From: a virus
Taxonomy: Duplodnaviria; Caudoviricetes
DNA length: 64,000 nucleotides
Reading direction: 5' to 3' (one strand)
Virus record (IMG/VR): IMGVR_UViG_3300020578_000065
Location: 986 to 64,985 of that record
Shown here: positions 19,177-29,729 of the stretch, in pieces
How positions within the stretch are numbered: position 1 is the stretch's first letter
Layout: each line of letters opens with the position of its first letter
Position numbers and translations under genes: made by a program
The notes under the pieces: generated by a model
Databases searched by the model: none
What the model was told of the DNA's origin: nothing
Seen by the model: only the letters and a program-made list of their open reading frames with translations

Positions 19177-20373
19177 TTATTGGAATGTTAGGTTCTGTAC
19201 AGCGATCTCGCCTACATAGTCAGCTGCGTTACCGAAGCTGCTTGCAGTGTTAGTCAACTCTACATAACCATAACGTGTCATAAATGACACGACTGGTTCG
19301 AAAGTTGATGGATCAAGTACAACACCGCTTGACATCAATGGGATGTATGGGCAGTAGAATGCTGCTGCGTCAGTCTCACTTGAGCCCTTATAACCAACCA
19401 ATACTGGTTGAGAATCGTTAGCATATGAGTTGACGAATACACGCATTGCACCGTTCAATGTACCAACAAACTTAGTGTTAGTTGGTGCTTCGAAAGTGCC
19501 TTCAGTTGTACGTGCGAATGCTGAAGTTGTTGCTGACTGTAGAACAGTCAAAGCTGCTGAAGATACAACTGCAAAGTTACCTGCACCGCGACGAGTGCGC
19601 TGTGCAATCAAGTTTGCAACGCGGTTGATTAGAACTGCTAGTGCAGCGTGTTCGTCACCAACATAAGTTGCTGTGCCTGATACTGTTGCTTGGTTGTATG
19701 TAAATTCTGTTGCTGCTAGAGTGCTTAGTGACAACAAAATTTCTTGGTCGATTTCAGCAGTGATTTCCTGTGCTAGAGCAGCCATAATTTCTGCTTCTAC
19801 GTCGATACCATGCTGTGACTGTGCATCTTGAGCGGCTTCGAATGTCCAGCGAGCTTGTAGCTTGCGTGACTTTGCTTCAACAGCCTGTCTTAAGATTTGT
19901 ACAGAAATTAACTTACCGCCGTTACCTTCTAATGCTGCTGTATCATTGCCTGTGTAGCTTGATGATGAAGCAGTATTTTGTGGTGTACGTGAATATGCCT
20001 GAGCAATTTTGAATGGGCTCAATGCTTCTTCACCAGCAGTTACGCTTGTTGCGGCTGCTGAAGTGTCAGTTAATGACTGTGCGTAACGAACACGTAATGT
20101 ATGAATCTGACCCACTGGACCAGTCATTGGCTGAACGCCTACTAATTCGTTAGCGATAACAGTTGGCATAACACGACGAATTACTGGAAGAATAACGCGA
20201 TTTAGTGTTGCGATATTACCAGCAGTTGTAGTGCCTGCAGAAGATTCTGCTAGCAACTGCTTGCGAGTGTTTTCTAGAATAACACCCATTGTTGAACGAC
20301 GAGTTCCCTTTAGACCTTCTAACAGGGCATCTTTAGTCTCGTCCCAACGGCTTTCTAAGAGTACTTTAGACAT
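19177..20373 (-). CDS. gp23: Major capsid protein (T4 gp23-like)
   Basis: LVGVQPMTGPVG, AKSRKLQARWT.E.AQD...HGID, EIDQEI, FYCPYIPL, FMTRYG. Confidence 0.97.
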   Translation of the reverse strand: MSKVLLESRWDETKDALLEGLKGTRRSTMGVILENTRKQLLAESSAGTTTAGNIATLNRVILPVIRRVMPTVIANELVGVQPMTGPVGQIHTLRVRYAQSLTDTSAAATSVTAGEEALSPFKIAQAYSRTPQNTASSSSYTGNDTAALEGNGGKLISVQILRQAVEAKSRKLQARWTFEAAQDAQSQHGIDVEAEIMAALAQEITAEIDQEILLSLSTLAATEFTYNQATVSGTATYVGDEHAALAVLINRVANLIAQRTRRGAGNFAVVSSAALTVLQSATTSAFARTTEGTFEAPTNTKFVGTLNGAMRVFVNSYANDSQPVLVGYKGSSETDAAAFYCPYIPLMSSGVVLDPSTFEPVVSFMTRYGYVELTNTASSFGNAADYVGEIAVQNLTFQ

Positions 20374-20399
20374 TATATTATCTCCTAATTGTCTTTATA

Positions 20400-21509
20400 T
20401 TAAAGCCCTGCCAGACGCTTGAAATCAATCAAGTTACTTTCGGCAACTGGATCTTCTTCAACTTTCTTATTGGCAGTTTGTTTATCACCTGTAACTTCTT
20501 TTACAACACTTTCAGTTATAGTAGTTTTAGCGCCTACTTTTTCACTTCCAGTGTTAAGTACTGATGGTAAATATTTGTCGAAAGCGACCTTCAATTTTGG
20601 TGTTTGGACGCCTTCAAGTAAAGTTTTCATTACTGAAGCCTTCTCATCGTTTAATGGCGATAGCAATTCTGCCATAGCCTTTTCGCGCTGAGTTGATTCT
20701 TTAATAATGCGAACTTCACGATCCTTTGATTCTACTAGCTTTTGGGCTTCATCAACCTTTGCTGTAGCTTGTGCTAGTTCTTGTTCCTTAGCAGCAAGTT
20801 CTGCCTTTATCTTGCGAGTTTCAGCCTTATCATTTAGATAAGTTACACTGTATTCGCTAGCATAGGCTTCGAACAACTTGCGACCAAAGTTATTTTCTCT
20901 AGCAACTTTGATATCTTCTTTAAGCTGTGATAGTTCAGTCTTAAGATGTTTAGCAACAGCAGTGCCAACTTTTGATGCACTTTCAGCAATAAATTTTGCT
21001 TTGAGTGCTTCTAATTGTTCGCGACCTTCTGCTACTAACTTAACACGTGCTTCAACAACTGCTTGTTTGTCTGTGCTAAATTCCTTGATTTCACGCGCTA
21101 AGGCATGAACAATGAACTTTTCAAGTTTTTGTTGATTTTCCGTTTGAACTTTACGATCATTACGTAGTTCACGAATTTCTTCAGCAAGTTTAGTGACCAT
21201 AAAGTCATTAAACTTTTCTGCGTGTTCTTGCATCTTTAGTTGACCCTTGACTCGATCTTCACTTATAATCTTCTTTTCTTCGTGGAACTCACGAATTTCT
21301 TCTGATAGACTTTCAGTTACCATCTTGTCTAGAGCCTCAACCATCACGCTTCTGTCATGCTCATACTTTTGTGCATACTCCTCACGTAGTTCTGCACGTA
21401 CTTGTTCTTTGGCTTCAACTAACTTTGCTTCCCAAGCCTCATTTAAAGTCTTGGAAACGTCTTCATTAATGAGACCACTGTCAAGTAATGGTTTGATAGC
21501 ATCTAACAT
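20400..21509 (-). CDS. gp22: Prohead core scaffolding protein (gp22-like)
   Basis: Coiled-coil, E/K-rich protein located between the protease and MCP genes. Confidence 0.8.
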   Translation of the reverse strand: MLDAIKPLLDSGLINEDVSKTLNEAWEAKLVEAKEQVRAELREEYAQKYEHDRSVMVEALDKMVTESLSEEIREFHEEKKIISEDRVKGQLKMQEHAEKFNDFMVTKLAEEIRELRNDRKVQTENQQKLEKFIVHALAREIKEFSTDKQAVVEARVKLVAEGREQLEALKAKFIAESASKVGTAVAKHLKTELSQLKEDIKVARENNFGRKLFEAYASEYSVTYLNDKAETRKIKAELAAKEQELAQATAKVDEAQKLVESKDREVRIIKESTQREKAMAELLSPLNDEKASVMKTLLEGVQTPKLKVAFDKYLPSVLNTGSEKVGAKTTITESVVKEVTGDKQTANKKVEEDPVAESNLIDFKRLAGL

Positions 21510-21523
21510 GCTGCGTTCCCCTA

Positions 21524-22165
21524 TTATGTAATTTTCAACTCTTTGATGAGGCGTTTAACTTCCTCAGCCAAATAGTTTTGTACCTTCTTGTCGCCCCTTG
21601 TTTCCCTAGCGATTTCTAAAACTTTATGACCATACTTCATATTATGAAGGCTTTCATAAATTGCTTTAGGATATGCGTTAGGTGCGCTTGGCTGTGCGAC
21701 AATATCAACAGTGATTATTTCAAAATCACTTACCTTACCGTTCAAGTCACTTACATTACCTGATCCGCGACTTGAAACGCCTAGTTTAACACCACTCTCC
21801 AACATAGTCTTTACAAGTTGACCCATTGGAGTTGGTAAAATCTTTAGTTTGCCGTAGCCGTTTGGCCCATCCATCCACATGCTTGTAATCATGTGACTTA
21901 CACGATCTAAATTAATTTTTAGATCATCTGGGTGATCGACTTCGCCTAATACTGAGTAACCTTCTGTAATCTGCTTGTTTAACGTTTCAACGGCAGTCTC
22001 AATTTCAGCAACGGGATAAACACGCTCATTTGCGTTCTTTACCCCGCCCTGAATAAAGATGCCCTTCATATAGAGGGTCTTTAGGTCGCTGCCCTGTTCA
22101 CTAACAGATTCAACGACCATGTTTGCTCTATCAAACGTTAAGTGTTCCTTGAGATACAAAGCCAT
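21524..22165 (-). CDS. gp21: Prohead protease (gp21-like)
   Basis: GIFIQ...NANERVYP, GEVDHP, SHMI, LGVSSRGSG, DIVAQPSAPNA. Confidence 0.95.
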   Translation of the reverse strand: MALYLKEHLTFDRANMVVESVSEQGSDLKTLYMKGIFIQGGVKNANERVYPVAEIETAVETLNKQITEGYSVLGEVDHPDDLKINLDRVSHMITSMWMDGPNGYGKLKILPTPMGQLVKTMLESGVKLGVSSRGSGNVSDLNGKVSDFEIITVDIVAQPSAPNAYPKAIYESLHNMKYGHKVLEIARETRGDKKVQNYLAEEVKRLIKELKIT

Positions 22166-22184
22166 GTTTACAAGTTACCCTTAA

Positions 22185-23003
22185 TTAGCCTTTGGCCACT
22201 GGGCTCTTGCCACCAGCTGAGCCATCTTTCGTGACTGGCTTAGGTGCTGACTCACCCTTTTCTTTGAAATTGTCCTGGCCTGGGACATTCTTAAACTTAC
22301 CTGCGCCTGGAAGACTGCCTTCTTTCTTGCTGTATTCATTTGATGGAGCCTTTGGACCAGTTGGGACCACTTCTGCATCGCCTGAGAACTTGACTGGTTT
22401 CACACCTGCTGCTTCAACCTTAGGTTTAGTTAATGCTGGGCTCTTAGTGTTTGCACCATTGTCCCCGTGAGTTACACTTACTTTCTTGAGTGTTACTGCT
22501 TCTTCTAGATGTTCCTCTGATTCTTCCATTGCTTCATCTTCTTCATCTTCATCTTCCATCATTTCTTCAGACATATCTGCTTCTTCTTCCATTTCTTCGC
22601 CTGCACCACTAAGTTCTTTTTCGAACTTAGCAATTAGTTCGTCAATTTCGTTTTCAGCGTCAACGATACGATCTTCTAGGTCATCTACTTTATCTTCGAT
22701 GTCCATATCTTCATCGCCGTCTTTTTCCATGTCTTTTGTTAGTTCGTCGCCGGCTTCTTCTGCATCGTGATCTAGTTCTTCTACATCTGAATCATCTTCT
22801 GCCATAGTTTCATCGGCTTCGATTTCATCCATCATGGATCCAACCATGTCACCTTCTGACATGTCTTTTTCTTCTTCTGCCATGATATTTTCATAAATTT
22901 CGCGTGACTTTTCTACTACGATTTCGTGGAATAACTCGCGAGCTTTTTCTTCATTCTCATTGATAATTAGGTCAATGAGTTCTTCATACTTTTTGTTTTC
23001 CAT
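22185..23003 (-). CDS. Highly acidic prohead core/internal head protein
   Basis: D/E-rich sequence in the gp67/gp68-equivalent position between portal and protease. Confidence 0.65.
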   Translation of the reverse strand: MENKKYEELIDLIINENEEKARELFHEIVVEKSREIYENIMAEEEKDMSEGDMVGSMMDEIEADETMAEDDSDVEELDHDAEEAGDELTKDMEKDGDEDMDIEDKVDDLEDRIVDAENEIDELIAKFEKELSGAGEEMEEEADMSEEMMEDEDEEDEAMEESEEHLEEAVTLKKVSVTHGDNGANTKSPALTKPKVEAAGVKPVKFSGDAEVVPTGPKAPSNEYSKKEGSLPGAGKFKNVPGQDNFKEKGESAPKPVTKDGSAGGKSPVAKG

Positions 23004-23111
23004 TTGAAATTCTCCTTGTAAGAAATGGCTTTGTAGATTTATTTATTGAGTATCAATAAAAAGTGTTCAATAAGTGCGATTTTTTTGCGTTTTTAAGGAT
23101 TTTAGAGAAAA

Positions 23112-23333
23112 TTATGGAGTTGGGGCCTGAGGCGATGCTCCATACTGTTTACGTATTTGCTCTAAACTTAGTTTTTTTTCATAGTTACGTACATCCAACA
23201 TTTTACGTAAATGTCGTAATTGTTTAAGAGTAAGTTTGGATTTACGTGTAGTTTCCCACTTTGGTTTACTGTTATCATTCTTTACGTCCTGATACCCAGT
23301 AAGAGGGGGATCAAACATTTCAAATAGTTTCAT
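23112..23333 (-). CDS. Small basic head-module protein
   Basis: 73 aa (TRKSKLTLKQLRHLRKM...QYG); GATAAATA 5 nt upstream. Confidence 0.7.
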   Translation of the reverse strand: MKLFEMFDPPLTGYQDVKNDNSKPKWETTRKSKLTLKQLRHLRKMLDVRNYEKKLSLEQIRKQYGASPQAPTP

Positions 23334-23346
23334 AAAATTATTTATC

Positions 23347-25137
23347 TTAAGTTACAGGACTAGCGGGAGTTGCTGGCGCTTCTGGGGCTGCTGGGGCGCC
23401 CCCTGCTGGTGCTGTCGAGACTGGCCCAGCAATATTTTCTGGGCCCAATGCTGCATTGGCTTCTGGAGCTGCTTGTAATTCATCTGCTGAGTCCTGATCA
23501 CTGGAAATGTCACTAATAGATAATCCAACGCTACGCAAATCTTTACCAACAGGTTTATCTAATTTTTCATCAGTATTTTCTTGACGCCATAATTTATCAT
23601 TCTTGGCCATTTCTTCCTCAGTTAAGCCTAAAAATCTTTCTAGTGCAAAACGTTTGCTAACATAGGGAAATTGTTGTATCGTATTGAAATTATTAGCGCG
23701 AACTGTATCCAGTTCGCCCTGACGATAACTAGCAAAATTTTGTGGAGGATTAAATTGTAATTTAAATAATCCTGCGTCAATACTAAATCCTCTCCAACGT
23801 AAGAATAATTTAAATTCTTCGTCGAATCTAGTTGCCATATAACTTTGCAAACGTTCACAATATTGATTAAAACGAAATTCTTGAATTAGTGCAGTACCAA
23901 CTTTACCATCAGTCATAATACGCTCACTGTCATCTGGACCAGTTGGCAAGTATGAACTTGGTACACGCAGACCACGTGCTAATCTATTATTGAAATAACG
24001 TAGATCGTCAATCTCACCTAAATTTTGTCCGCCCTGCATAACTTCTACACTTGATCCGCGACCATCTGCGGTGACTGGAAAGAAGTAATCCTCATTCATT
24101 GAAAGTGGGTTATATGTAGCATCTACAATTGATTGTCCGCCATACACGCTGGGAATTCTACGCTGGTGTATTTCGTTTTTAATGCGCTCTACAAATGCCA
24201 TAGCCATATGACTTGGCATGTTACCTACGTCAATCTTAAATAATCTGCGTTCTGGAGCACGTTGGACACGATAGATTAATACTGCATCTTCAAGTAATTC
24301 TTTTTGTTTGTAAACTTTAAATATATTTTCTAATATACTTTGACCGAATGGCCAAAATCTATCAAGTCCTTCAGTAAGACTAAAATGCACTACATGTTTT
24401 GAATCAATAGCACTTTCGCTTTGACCCAATGTAAAACGACTGCCTGTGGTATTATATGGCATTGCAGGTACAGTGTAAGGTGTATTAGTTCCGCCACCTG
24501 TTCCGCCTAATCCTGTTGCAGGATTAGCAGCAAAATCTGTATTTGTTTTTTGTGCTACGCTTAAATTTTGTAGATTAATATTTAAATCTTTTAATACATA
24601 TTGCTCGGGCAGTTTGCCTTCGCTTTCATTCACAATAACTTTGATAACTTTTACCATATCCACCCAAAACAATTTAAATGTTTCTGGGTCTCGCACAAAA
24701 ACTTGATCGCCATACTTAATTGTATTACGAAATATTTTAAATATTCTATGGTTAAGTTCGTTTAAATTAGTCCATTGCTGTAGTTGAGTTTTTAATATTT
24801 CAACTTCGTGTGGCGTAGGATCATCTAAGAATTTAAATGCAAATGGTGTTCCATTTTGTTCATTTGTTTGTGTGCTGAATTCTGATATAATGTCTAAACA
24901 AGCATTTATTTCAGCGTCAACATCCATCATTTCATATTGATTGTAACGTTCAATACGATTAGGATGTCCAGTGTAGACTTCAGGAAGTCTACTCATGTAG
25001 TTACGGAAACTCCAATCTAAATTGCTATTTTGCGTAGTATTATTAACGCTATTGTTCCAGGCACCAGTGTTACTATTAAGACCGCTAATGGGACTACTAA
25101 TACCCGATTTATTTAAAAAACGTTTGGTTAATGGCAT
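23347..25137 (-). CDS. gp20: Portal protein (gp20-like)
   Basis: LLEDAVLIYRVQRAPERRLFKIDVGNMP, EDYFFP...GRGSSVE, GGQNLGEIDD, LRVPSS. Confidence 0.96.
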   Translation of the reverse strand: MPLTKRFLNKSGISSPISGLNSNTGAWNNSVNNTTQNSNLDWSFRNYMSRLPEVYTGHPNRIERYNQYEMMDVDAEINACLDIISEFSTQTNEQNGTPFAFKFLDDPTPHEVEILKTQLQQWTNLNELNHRIFKIFRNTIKYGDQVFVRDPETFKLFWVDMVKVIKVIVNESEGKLPEQYVLKDLNINLQNLSVAQKTNTDFAANPATGLGGTGGGTNTPYTVPAMPYNTTGSRFTLGQSESAIDSKHVVHFSLTEGLDRFWPFGQSILENIFKVYKQKELLEDAVLIYRVQRAPERRLFKIDVGNMPSHMAMAFVERIKNEIHQRRIPSVYGGQSIVDATYNPLSMNEDYFFPVTADGRGSSVEVMQGGQNLGEIDDLRYFNNRLARGLRVPSSYLPTGPDDSERIMTDGKVGTALIQEFRFNQYCERLQSYMATRFDEEFKLFLRWRGFSIDAGLFKLQFNPPQNFASYRQGELDTVRANNFNTIQQFPYVSKRFALERFLGLTEEEMAKNDKLWRQENTDEKLDKPVGKDLRSVGLSISDISSDQDSADELQAAPEANAALGPENIAGPVSTAPAGGAPAAPEAPATPASPVT

Positions 25138-25162
25138 TGATATATCTCAAAGACTATTTATA

Positions 25163-28100
25163 TTATGACCTTGATGCACGTAGTATTTTTTCTTGTGTAC
25201 TTTGTTGATTTTGTAGTATATCGATTACCCTTTCCAATCTTAAAATATACTCTCCGGTAGATTTAACTGTTTGATCGGAAACATGTCTCATCGCTGTTTC
25301 TACTTTTTCTGCTATTTGTTGGTTAATACTTTCAGCATTTGTTAAATTACTTTCCTTTGTTTCTTCCATTTTACTTATTTTATCTAAAATAGTATTTGAA
25401 ATAGATATTTGTTTAATTGAATCATTTTTGGTAATTCCTAATGATCCTTCATAAGATGGATTACCCATGGACATTTGACCTAATTGAGCAAGTACACTAT
25501 TTTTTGCTAATGGCACAACAGCTTCAAGACCGTGCATTTCTACATCATATCCAGACTTAGGTCCTTGTACAATACCGCCTTCTGCCAACTGTGCGTGTAT
25601 ATGTCCACCTGTTGATTTTTCAGTTCTATTATTGTATTCATCTATTGCGTGGCTAAAGCCCATTGACTTTAGTTGTGCAACAATGTCTCTACCTTCTTTT
25701 ACACTTGGCGTGCTAGTTAGTGTAAAATCTACTGCTCTGCCTTTTGTATGTTGACTATTAGGACTGTTCTGTTGATGATATTGATCATTGAATGATGAAA
25801 AATATTTAAAGTCAGGAATAGTATTTTGTATTTGTTGTGATAAATCTATTAACCTACTATCTACTCTTGCCCCGGGAGCCTGAACATCTCCTTGTTTTAG
25901 TTTAAGTCCTTCTGCTATAAGATCGCCGCGATCTACTCCACTTGATGTGCTTGCTCCTGCTCCACCACTTAGTGGAGTTTTGCCGCTTACTAGGTCTGCT
26001 AGTATCTGAAGTCTTTCGTCAGTTACCTTACTAAATGCTGCGGCATGTTCTCTAGTGATTTGAAGTTTTCTTCTTTGTTCTTCTAAATCATCTCTACTTT
26101 TAACATATTCTTTTTCTAATGCATTTAAAGCTTGAGTGCGGGCACTTACGGATTTTTTTGTTGATGAAATTTTATTTTCTAATTCTGCTAATGATTCCTT
26201 AGCAGCCTTATCTTCAATATACTTTTCTTTAGCCATTATTGGGCCAAATTCACTAAACCCAACTACTACATCGCGCTCCCTTGTAAATCTATCGCGCATT
26301 TCTTTGGCTTCTTTTTCAAGTCTTTTTAATTCTGCTTCGTCATTTTTATTCCATGCATCCCATAATTTTTGACGTTTTGAGACATAGTCTTTTGCCATTT
26401 CAACTTGGCGTTCATCAAATCCTGCTTCTATTTGTTCTACTGTTTTTGATGGCCCAGTAGTTTCTTCTCCAGGTCGCGCTTCGGCACCCGGTACGGCACC
26501 AGACTGTGTGGTAACTGTGGTATTTTGTCTAGTTGCTTCTGTATTTGCTTCAATTGCTAATTTTAAGAAATCTTCATTGCGTGTTCTTTGGTCTGTTAAT
26601 GTTTGTGATGCAATCGTTGCTGCTTCTGTTGCTTCTTTTGCTTTTTCTGTGATTTCATTGCTATCACTAAAGAATGATTTAATACCATCATAGTTTTCAA
26701 TAACGCCCATTAACCCGCCGGCTACTGCTCCTAATCCTGTACCTATAGGACCAAAGACAGAACCCATCAGAGCAAATTGTGCCGCCGAACCTATTATTCC
26801 ACCTGCCGCACTTAATCCTTGCGCGCCCTTTGCATCAACAACGTTTAGGCTTTGTAACATTCCTGCGCCTTGTTGTAGGGCATAACCACCTACCATAGCA
26901 GCAGCGCCGTGACCTCCTACCGTAGCCATATGGCCCATACGATCTCTAACACCTGCGCCGCTAGTAGGAATAATTCCAGTAGTATTTTCGTCGCCTAATA
27001 CTAATCTTCCGAATCTACCTCGTTGTGGTCCACCTGCTTGAGGTCCAGTAGGAGCAACTATGCCTCCTGTGCCCGGTAATGGCATACCTGTGCCAACGCC
27101 GCCTGCCCCTAAAATTCTACCACGAGCCTGTGCCTCTGACATGCCTTGGGCTCGCATTTTTCTATATTGTTTTTGCTGAGCCTTAGTCATGCCTGTAGAA
27201 CCTATAGGCATCATAGCGCCGCCACCTACACAGTTACATATTTCTTGTAGGTTAATAACTCTTACCAACATAGCATTTGCTGGTGTTTGACCTAACTGAC
27301 CTTGACCTGGACCAGTTAAACGACCAAATCTATCTTTGGTATTACTAAATGGGTTTCTACGTGCTTGCGCACTAGTCATAATACCCATAGCATATGTTGC
27401 AGCAAAGGCTGCTGCTGCTAGAACCTTAAAGGAGTCAATAGCATCTTCCATACCAACGGCTAATGGGTTAAAGCGGTCTATTACACGATCTAGGCCTTGC
27501 TGGAACTTTCTTTCCATTGCTTCCATGTTAGCAACGCCTTCCATTAAGGCGTCCCTAGTAGCCTGCTGTGCATCTACACCTTTTTTACCTGCCTCTAATG
27601 CTGCTTGCGCATTTTTTCTTTGACCAGTGACACCTTGCTCTGATGCCATAGTCATTCGTTCAGTGCTTACTCCTATAGTTTTTGCTAATTCAATACCGGC
27701 TGGACCTAATTCAGCAATGCCGGTACCAAAACGTTGCATAGTCTTGTCAATTGAAGCAGTGTTTTCATTCATTATATTTGCAGTTACAACAGTGCCTTCT
27801 ACGCCTGCTTCTAAATCTCTACCTGCTTTTAATACATCTAGACCGCTTACTTGCAATCGCGCAGTGTATTCAGTCATTACCTTACCGCCGCTGGCAAATG
27901 ATTGTAGATAGGCTATCTGCGCTTCTTTATCAAATCTTGAAATGCCTTTTATAGCAGTTTGTATATTTTCAACTTGTTGACGTATTCTTTTTTCAGTATC
28001 AAAGTCTCCGGCTCTATTTGCGTCTGATGCTTGTTTTTCAAGCATCATAATTTTCATTTTAATATTTTCATTTGCTGCTGCTAAGTCAAGTGCTGCTTGC

Positions 28101-28837
28101 TGTTGTTTAATATCGGCTCCAGTTAAATCAGCCAATATAACTAAATTCTTCATGTAGGCTTCAGATGATTTTCTTAGATCAGCAACAGGGCGATTTAAGT
28201 TTATACCTAATGCGTTGGCTTGTTGTAAATATTTGCCGGTGTATTCAAAAACTTCTTCAAATGTAAATCCTAATTTTCTAAATCCAGTCATGTTTTTGGT
28301 GACGATATCACCAAATTTCTGCATACCAGTACCTACACTATCACCGACATTTATAAATGCAGCGCCCGCAGTCTTAGCAGCCTTACCAACAGCCTGCATT
28401 TGGAATGTACTACCACCTGCGGCTTCTGTCACACCTCTTAATGCTTGTGCTGTAAAATGTGCTTGTGCACCTATATCAGCAATCTCATCAAATCCTCTAC
28501 TAATTCTATCAGTCTGAGCAAAGACTTGTTCGATCATAATTGCTGAGGCTTTAGCAGCAGCACCTATACTTTTTCCAAAGACACCCATATCAGAGGTTAG
28601 TTGTCCTACAGTATCAGCCAAGCCTTGGAATAAATTGCCGTATTTGCTGAAACCTTTTTCTGCTGAACTAATGGCGCTAACAAAACTCATGGTTGCCTTG
28701 CCGGCACCCTCGAATGCAACATTCATAGCCTTGCCAAACTTTGAAGTATCGGCTGTTAGTTTAGATTGGATCTTCGACTGTTCAATAATATAAGCTCTAA
28801 CGCTTTCTGGGTCGTTTACGTCATATTTTTCTGCCAT
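25163..28837 (-). CDS. Tape-measure-like protein with a C-terminal M15/LAS-type peptidoglycan peptidase domain
   Basis: Long helical A/G-rich protein with a hydrophobic G-rich segment; SQHTKGRAVDF...GGHIH near 25590-25800; AEGGIV.GP..G...HGLEAVVPL. Confidence 0.75.
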   Translation of the reverse strand: MAEKYDVNDPESVRAYIIEQSKIQSKLTADTSKFGKAMNVAFEGAGKATMSFVSAISSAEKGFSKYGNLFQGLADTVGQLTSDMGVFGKSIGAAAKASAIMIEQVFAQTDRISRGFDEIADIGAQAHFTAQALRGVTEAAGGSTFQMQAVGKAAKTAGAAFINVGDSVGTGMQKFGDIVTKNMTGFRKLGFTFEEVFEYTGKYLQQANALGINLNRPVADLRKSSEAYMKNLVILADLTGADIKQQQAALDLAAANENIKMKIMMLEKQASDANRAGDFDTEKRIRQQVENIQTAIKGISRFDKEAQIAYLQSFASGGKVMTEYTARLQVSGLDVLKAGRDLEAGVEGTVVTANIMNENTASIDKTMQRFGTGIAELGPAGIELAKTIGVSTERMTMASEQGVTGQRKNAQAALEAGKKGVDAQQATRDALMEGVANMEAMERKFQQGLDRVIDRFNPLAVGMEDAIDSFKVLAAAAFAATYAMGIMTSAQARRNPFSNTKDRFGRLTGPGQGQLGQTPANAMLVRVINLQEICNCVGGGAMMPIGSTGMTKAQQKQYRKMRAQGMSEAQARGRILGAGGVGTGMPLPGTGGIVAPTGPQAGGPQRGRFGRLVLGDENTTGIIPTSGAGVRDRMGHMATVGGHGAAAMVGGYALQQGAGMLQSLNVVDAKGAQGLSAAGGIIGSAAQFALMGSVFGPIGTGLGAVAGGLMGVIENYDGIKSFFSDSNEITEKAKEATEAATIASQTLTDQRTRNEDFLKLAIEANTEATRQNTTVTTQSGAVPGAEARPGEETTGPSKTVEQIEAGFDERQVEMAKDYVSKRQKLWDAWNKNDEAELKRLEKEAKEMRDRFTRERDVVVGFSEFGPIMAKEKYIEDKAAKESLAELENKISSTKKSVSARTQALNALEKEYVKSRDDLEEQRRKLQITREHAAAFSKVTDERLQILADLVSGKTPLSGGAGASTSSGVDRGDLIAEGLKLKQGDVQAPGARVDSRLIDLSQQIQNTIPDFKYFSSFNDQYHQQNSPNSQHTKGRAVDFTLTSTPSVKEGRDIVAQLKSMGFSHAIDEYNNRTEKSTGGHIHAQLAEGGIVQGPKSGYDVEMHGLEAVVPLAKNSVLAQLGQMSMGNPSYEGSLGITKNDSIKQISISNTILDKISKMEETKESNLTNAESINQQIAEKVETAMRHVSDQTVKSTGEYILRLERVIDILQNQQSTQEKILRASRS

Positions 28838-28846
28838 TTATATGCT

Positions 28847-28870
28847 CACTAAATACATTACTATTTAGTG
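28847..28870. promoter_or_regulatory. Face-to-face pair of late promoters forming a 9-bp inverted repeat
   Basis: CACTAAATA-cattac-TATTTAGTG between the divergent tape-measure-like and gp26-like genes. Confidence 0.65.
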
Positions 28871-28904
28871 CCAAAATTACACTATTATTGAGGTTAATCC
28901 ATTT

Positions 28905-29729
28905 ATGAATACTAATCCTTTAAAACAGTATTTTCGTCGCCCTAGCGTTTATTTAAAACTTCCTAGCGGGGGTCAAGGATATCCAGAAGGTTCTATCACA
29001 CTTAGTGATTCAGGTGAACTTCCTGTCTATCCAATGACCGCTATAGATGAAATTACTAGTAAAACTCCAGACGCACTGTTTAATGGTACTGCTGTTGTTG
29101 AAATTATTAAAAGTTGTGTACCAGATATTAAAGATCCATGGGTAATAAAGAATATTGATATTGATAGTATCTTAATTTCTATACGTGCTGCTTCAGGAGC
29201 AGGAAGTATAGATGTGAACACTAAATGCCCAAAGTGTTCAAATGAAGCCATGTATGGTGTTAATTTAGTGAGCGCACTTAATACTATGAAAAGTGGCGAT
29301 TATAATAAAGAACTATCAATAAATGATTTAAAAATTAAGTTTAAACCGTTAGATTATCGTGAATTAAATCGATCTAGTTTAGAACAAATGGAGATACAAA
29401 AACTTTTTACATCAATTGAAGGCACTGAAGATATAGCACAAAAGAATAAGTTAACAGAACAAGCATTACGTGGCCTTACTGATTTAACTATGGAACTAGT
29501 TTCTAAAGCAATAGATTATATAAAAACTCCAGAAACCATAGTGTCTCAGCCTGAATATATTTTAGAATTTTTAAAGAATGTAGATATGAAAGATTATGTA
29601 ACTATACGTGATTATAATGCTAGCCTTCGCTCACAGGCATCTTTAAAACCACTCGATATAAAGTGTACGGAGTGTGGGAACGAGTTTGAACAACCGTTTA
29701 CACTAAACATGTCTGATTTTTTCGGCTAA
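28905..29729 (+). CDS. Baseplate hub assembly/tail chaperone (T4 gp26-like)
   Basis: NPLKQYFRRP..Y.KLPS.G, YPMTAIDEI, two CxxC motifs (CPKC, CTEC), C-terminal DFFG. Confidence 0.8.
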   Translation: MNTNPLKQYFRRPSVYLKLPSGGQGYPEGSITLSDSGELPVYPMTAIDEITSKTPDALFNGTAVVEIIKSCVPDIKDPWVIKNIDIDSILISIRAASGAGSIDVNTKCPKCSNEAMYGVNLVSALNTMKSGDYNKELSINDLKIKFKPLDYRELNRSSLEQMEIQKLFTSIEGTEDIAQKNKLTEQALRGLTDLTMELVSKAIDYIKTPETIVSQPEYILEFLKNVDMKDYVTIRDYNASLRSQASLKPLDIKCTECGNEFEQPFTLNMSDFFG

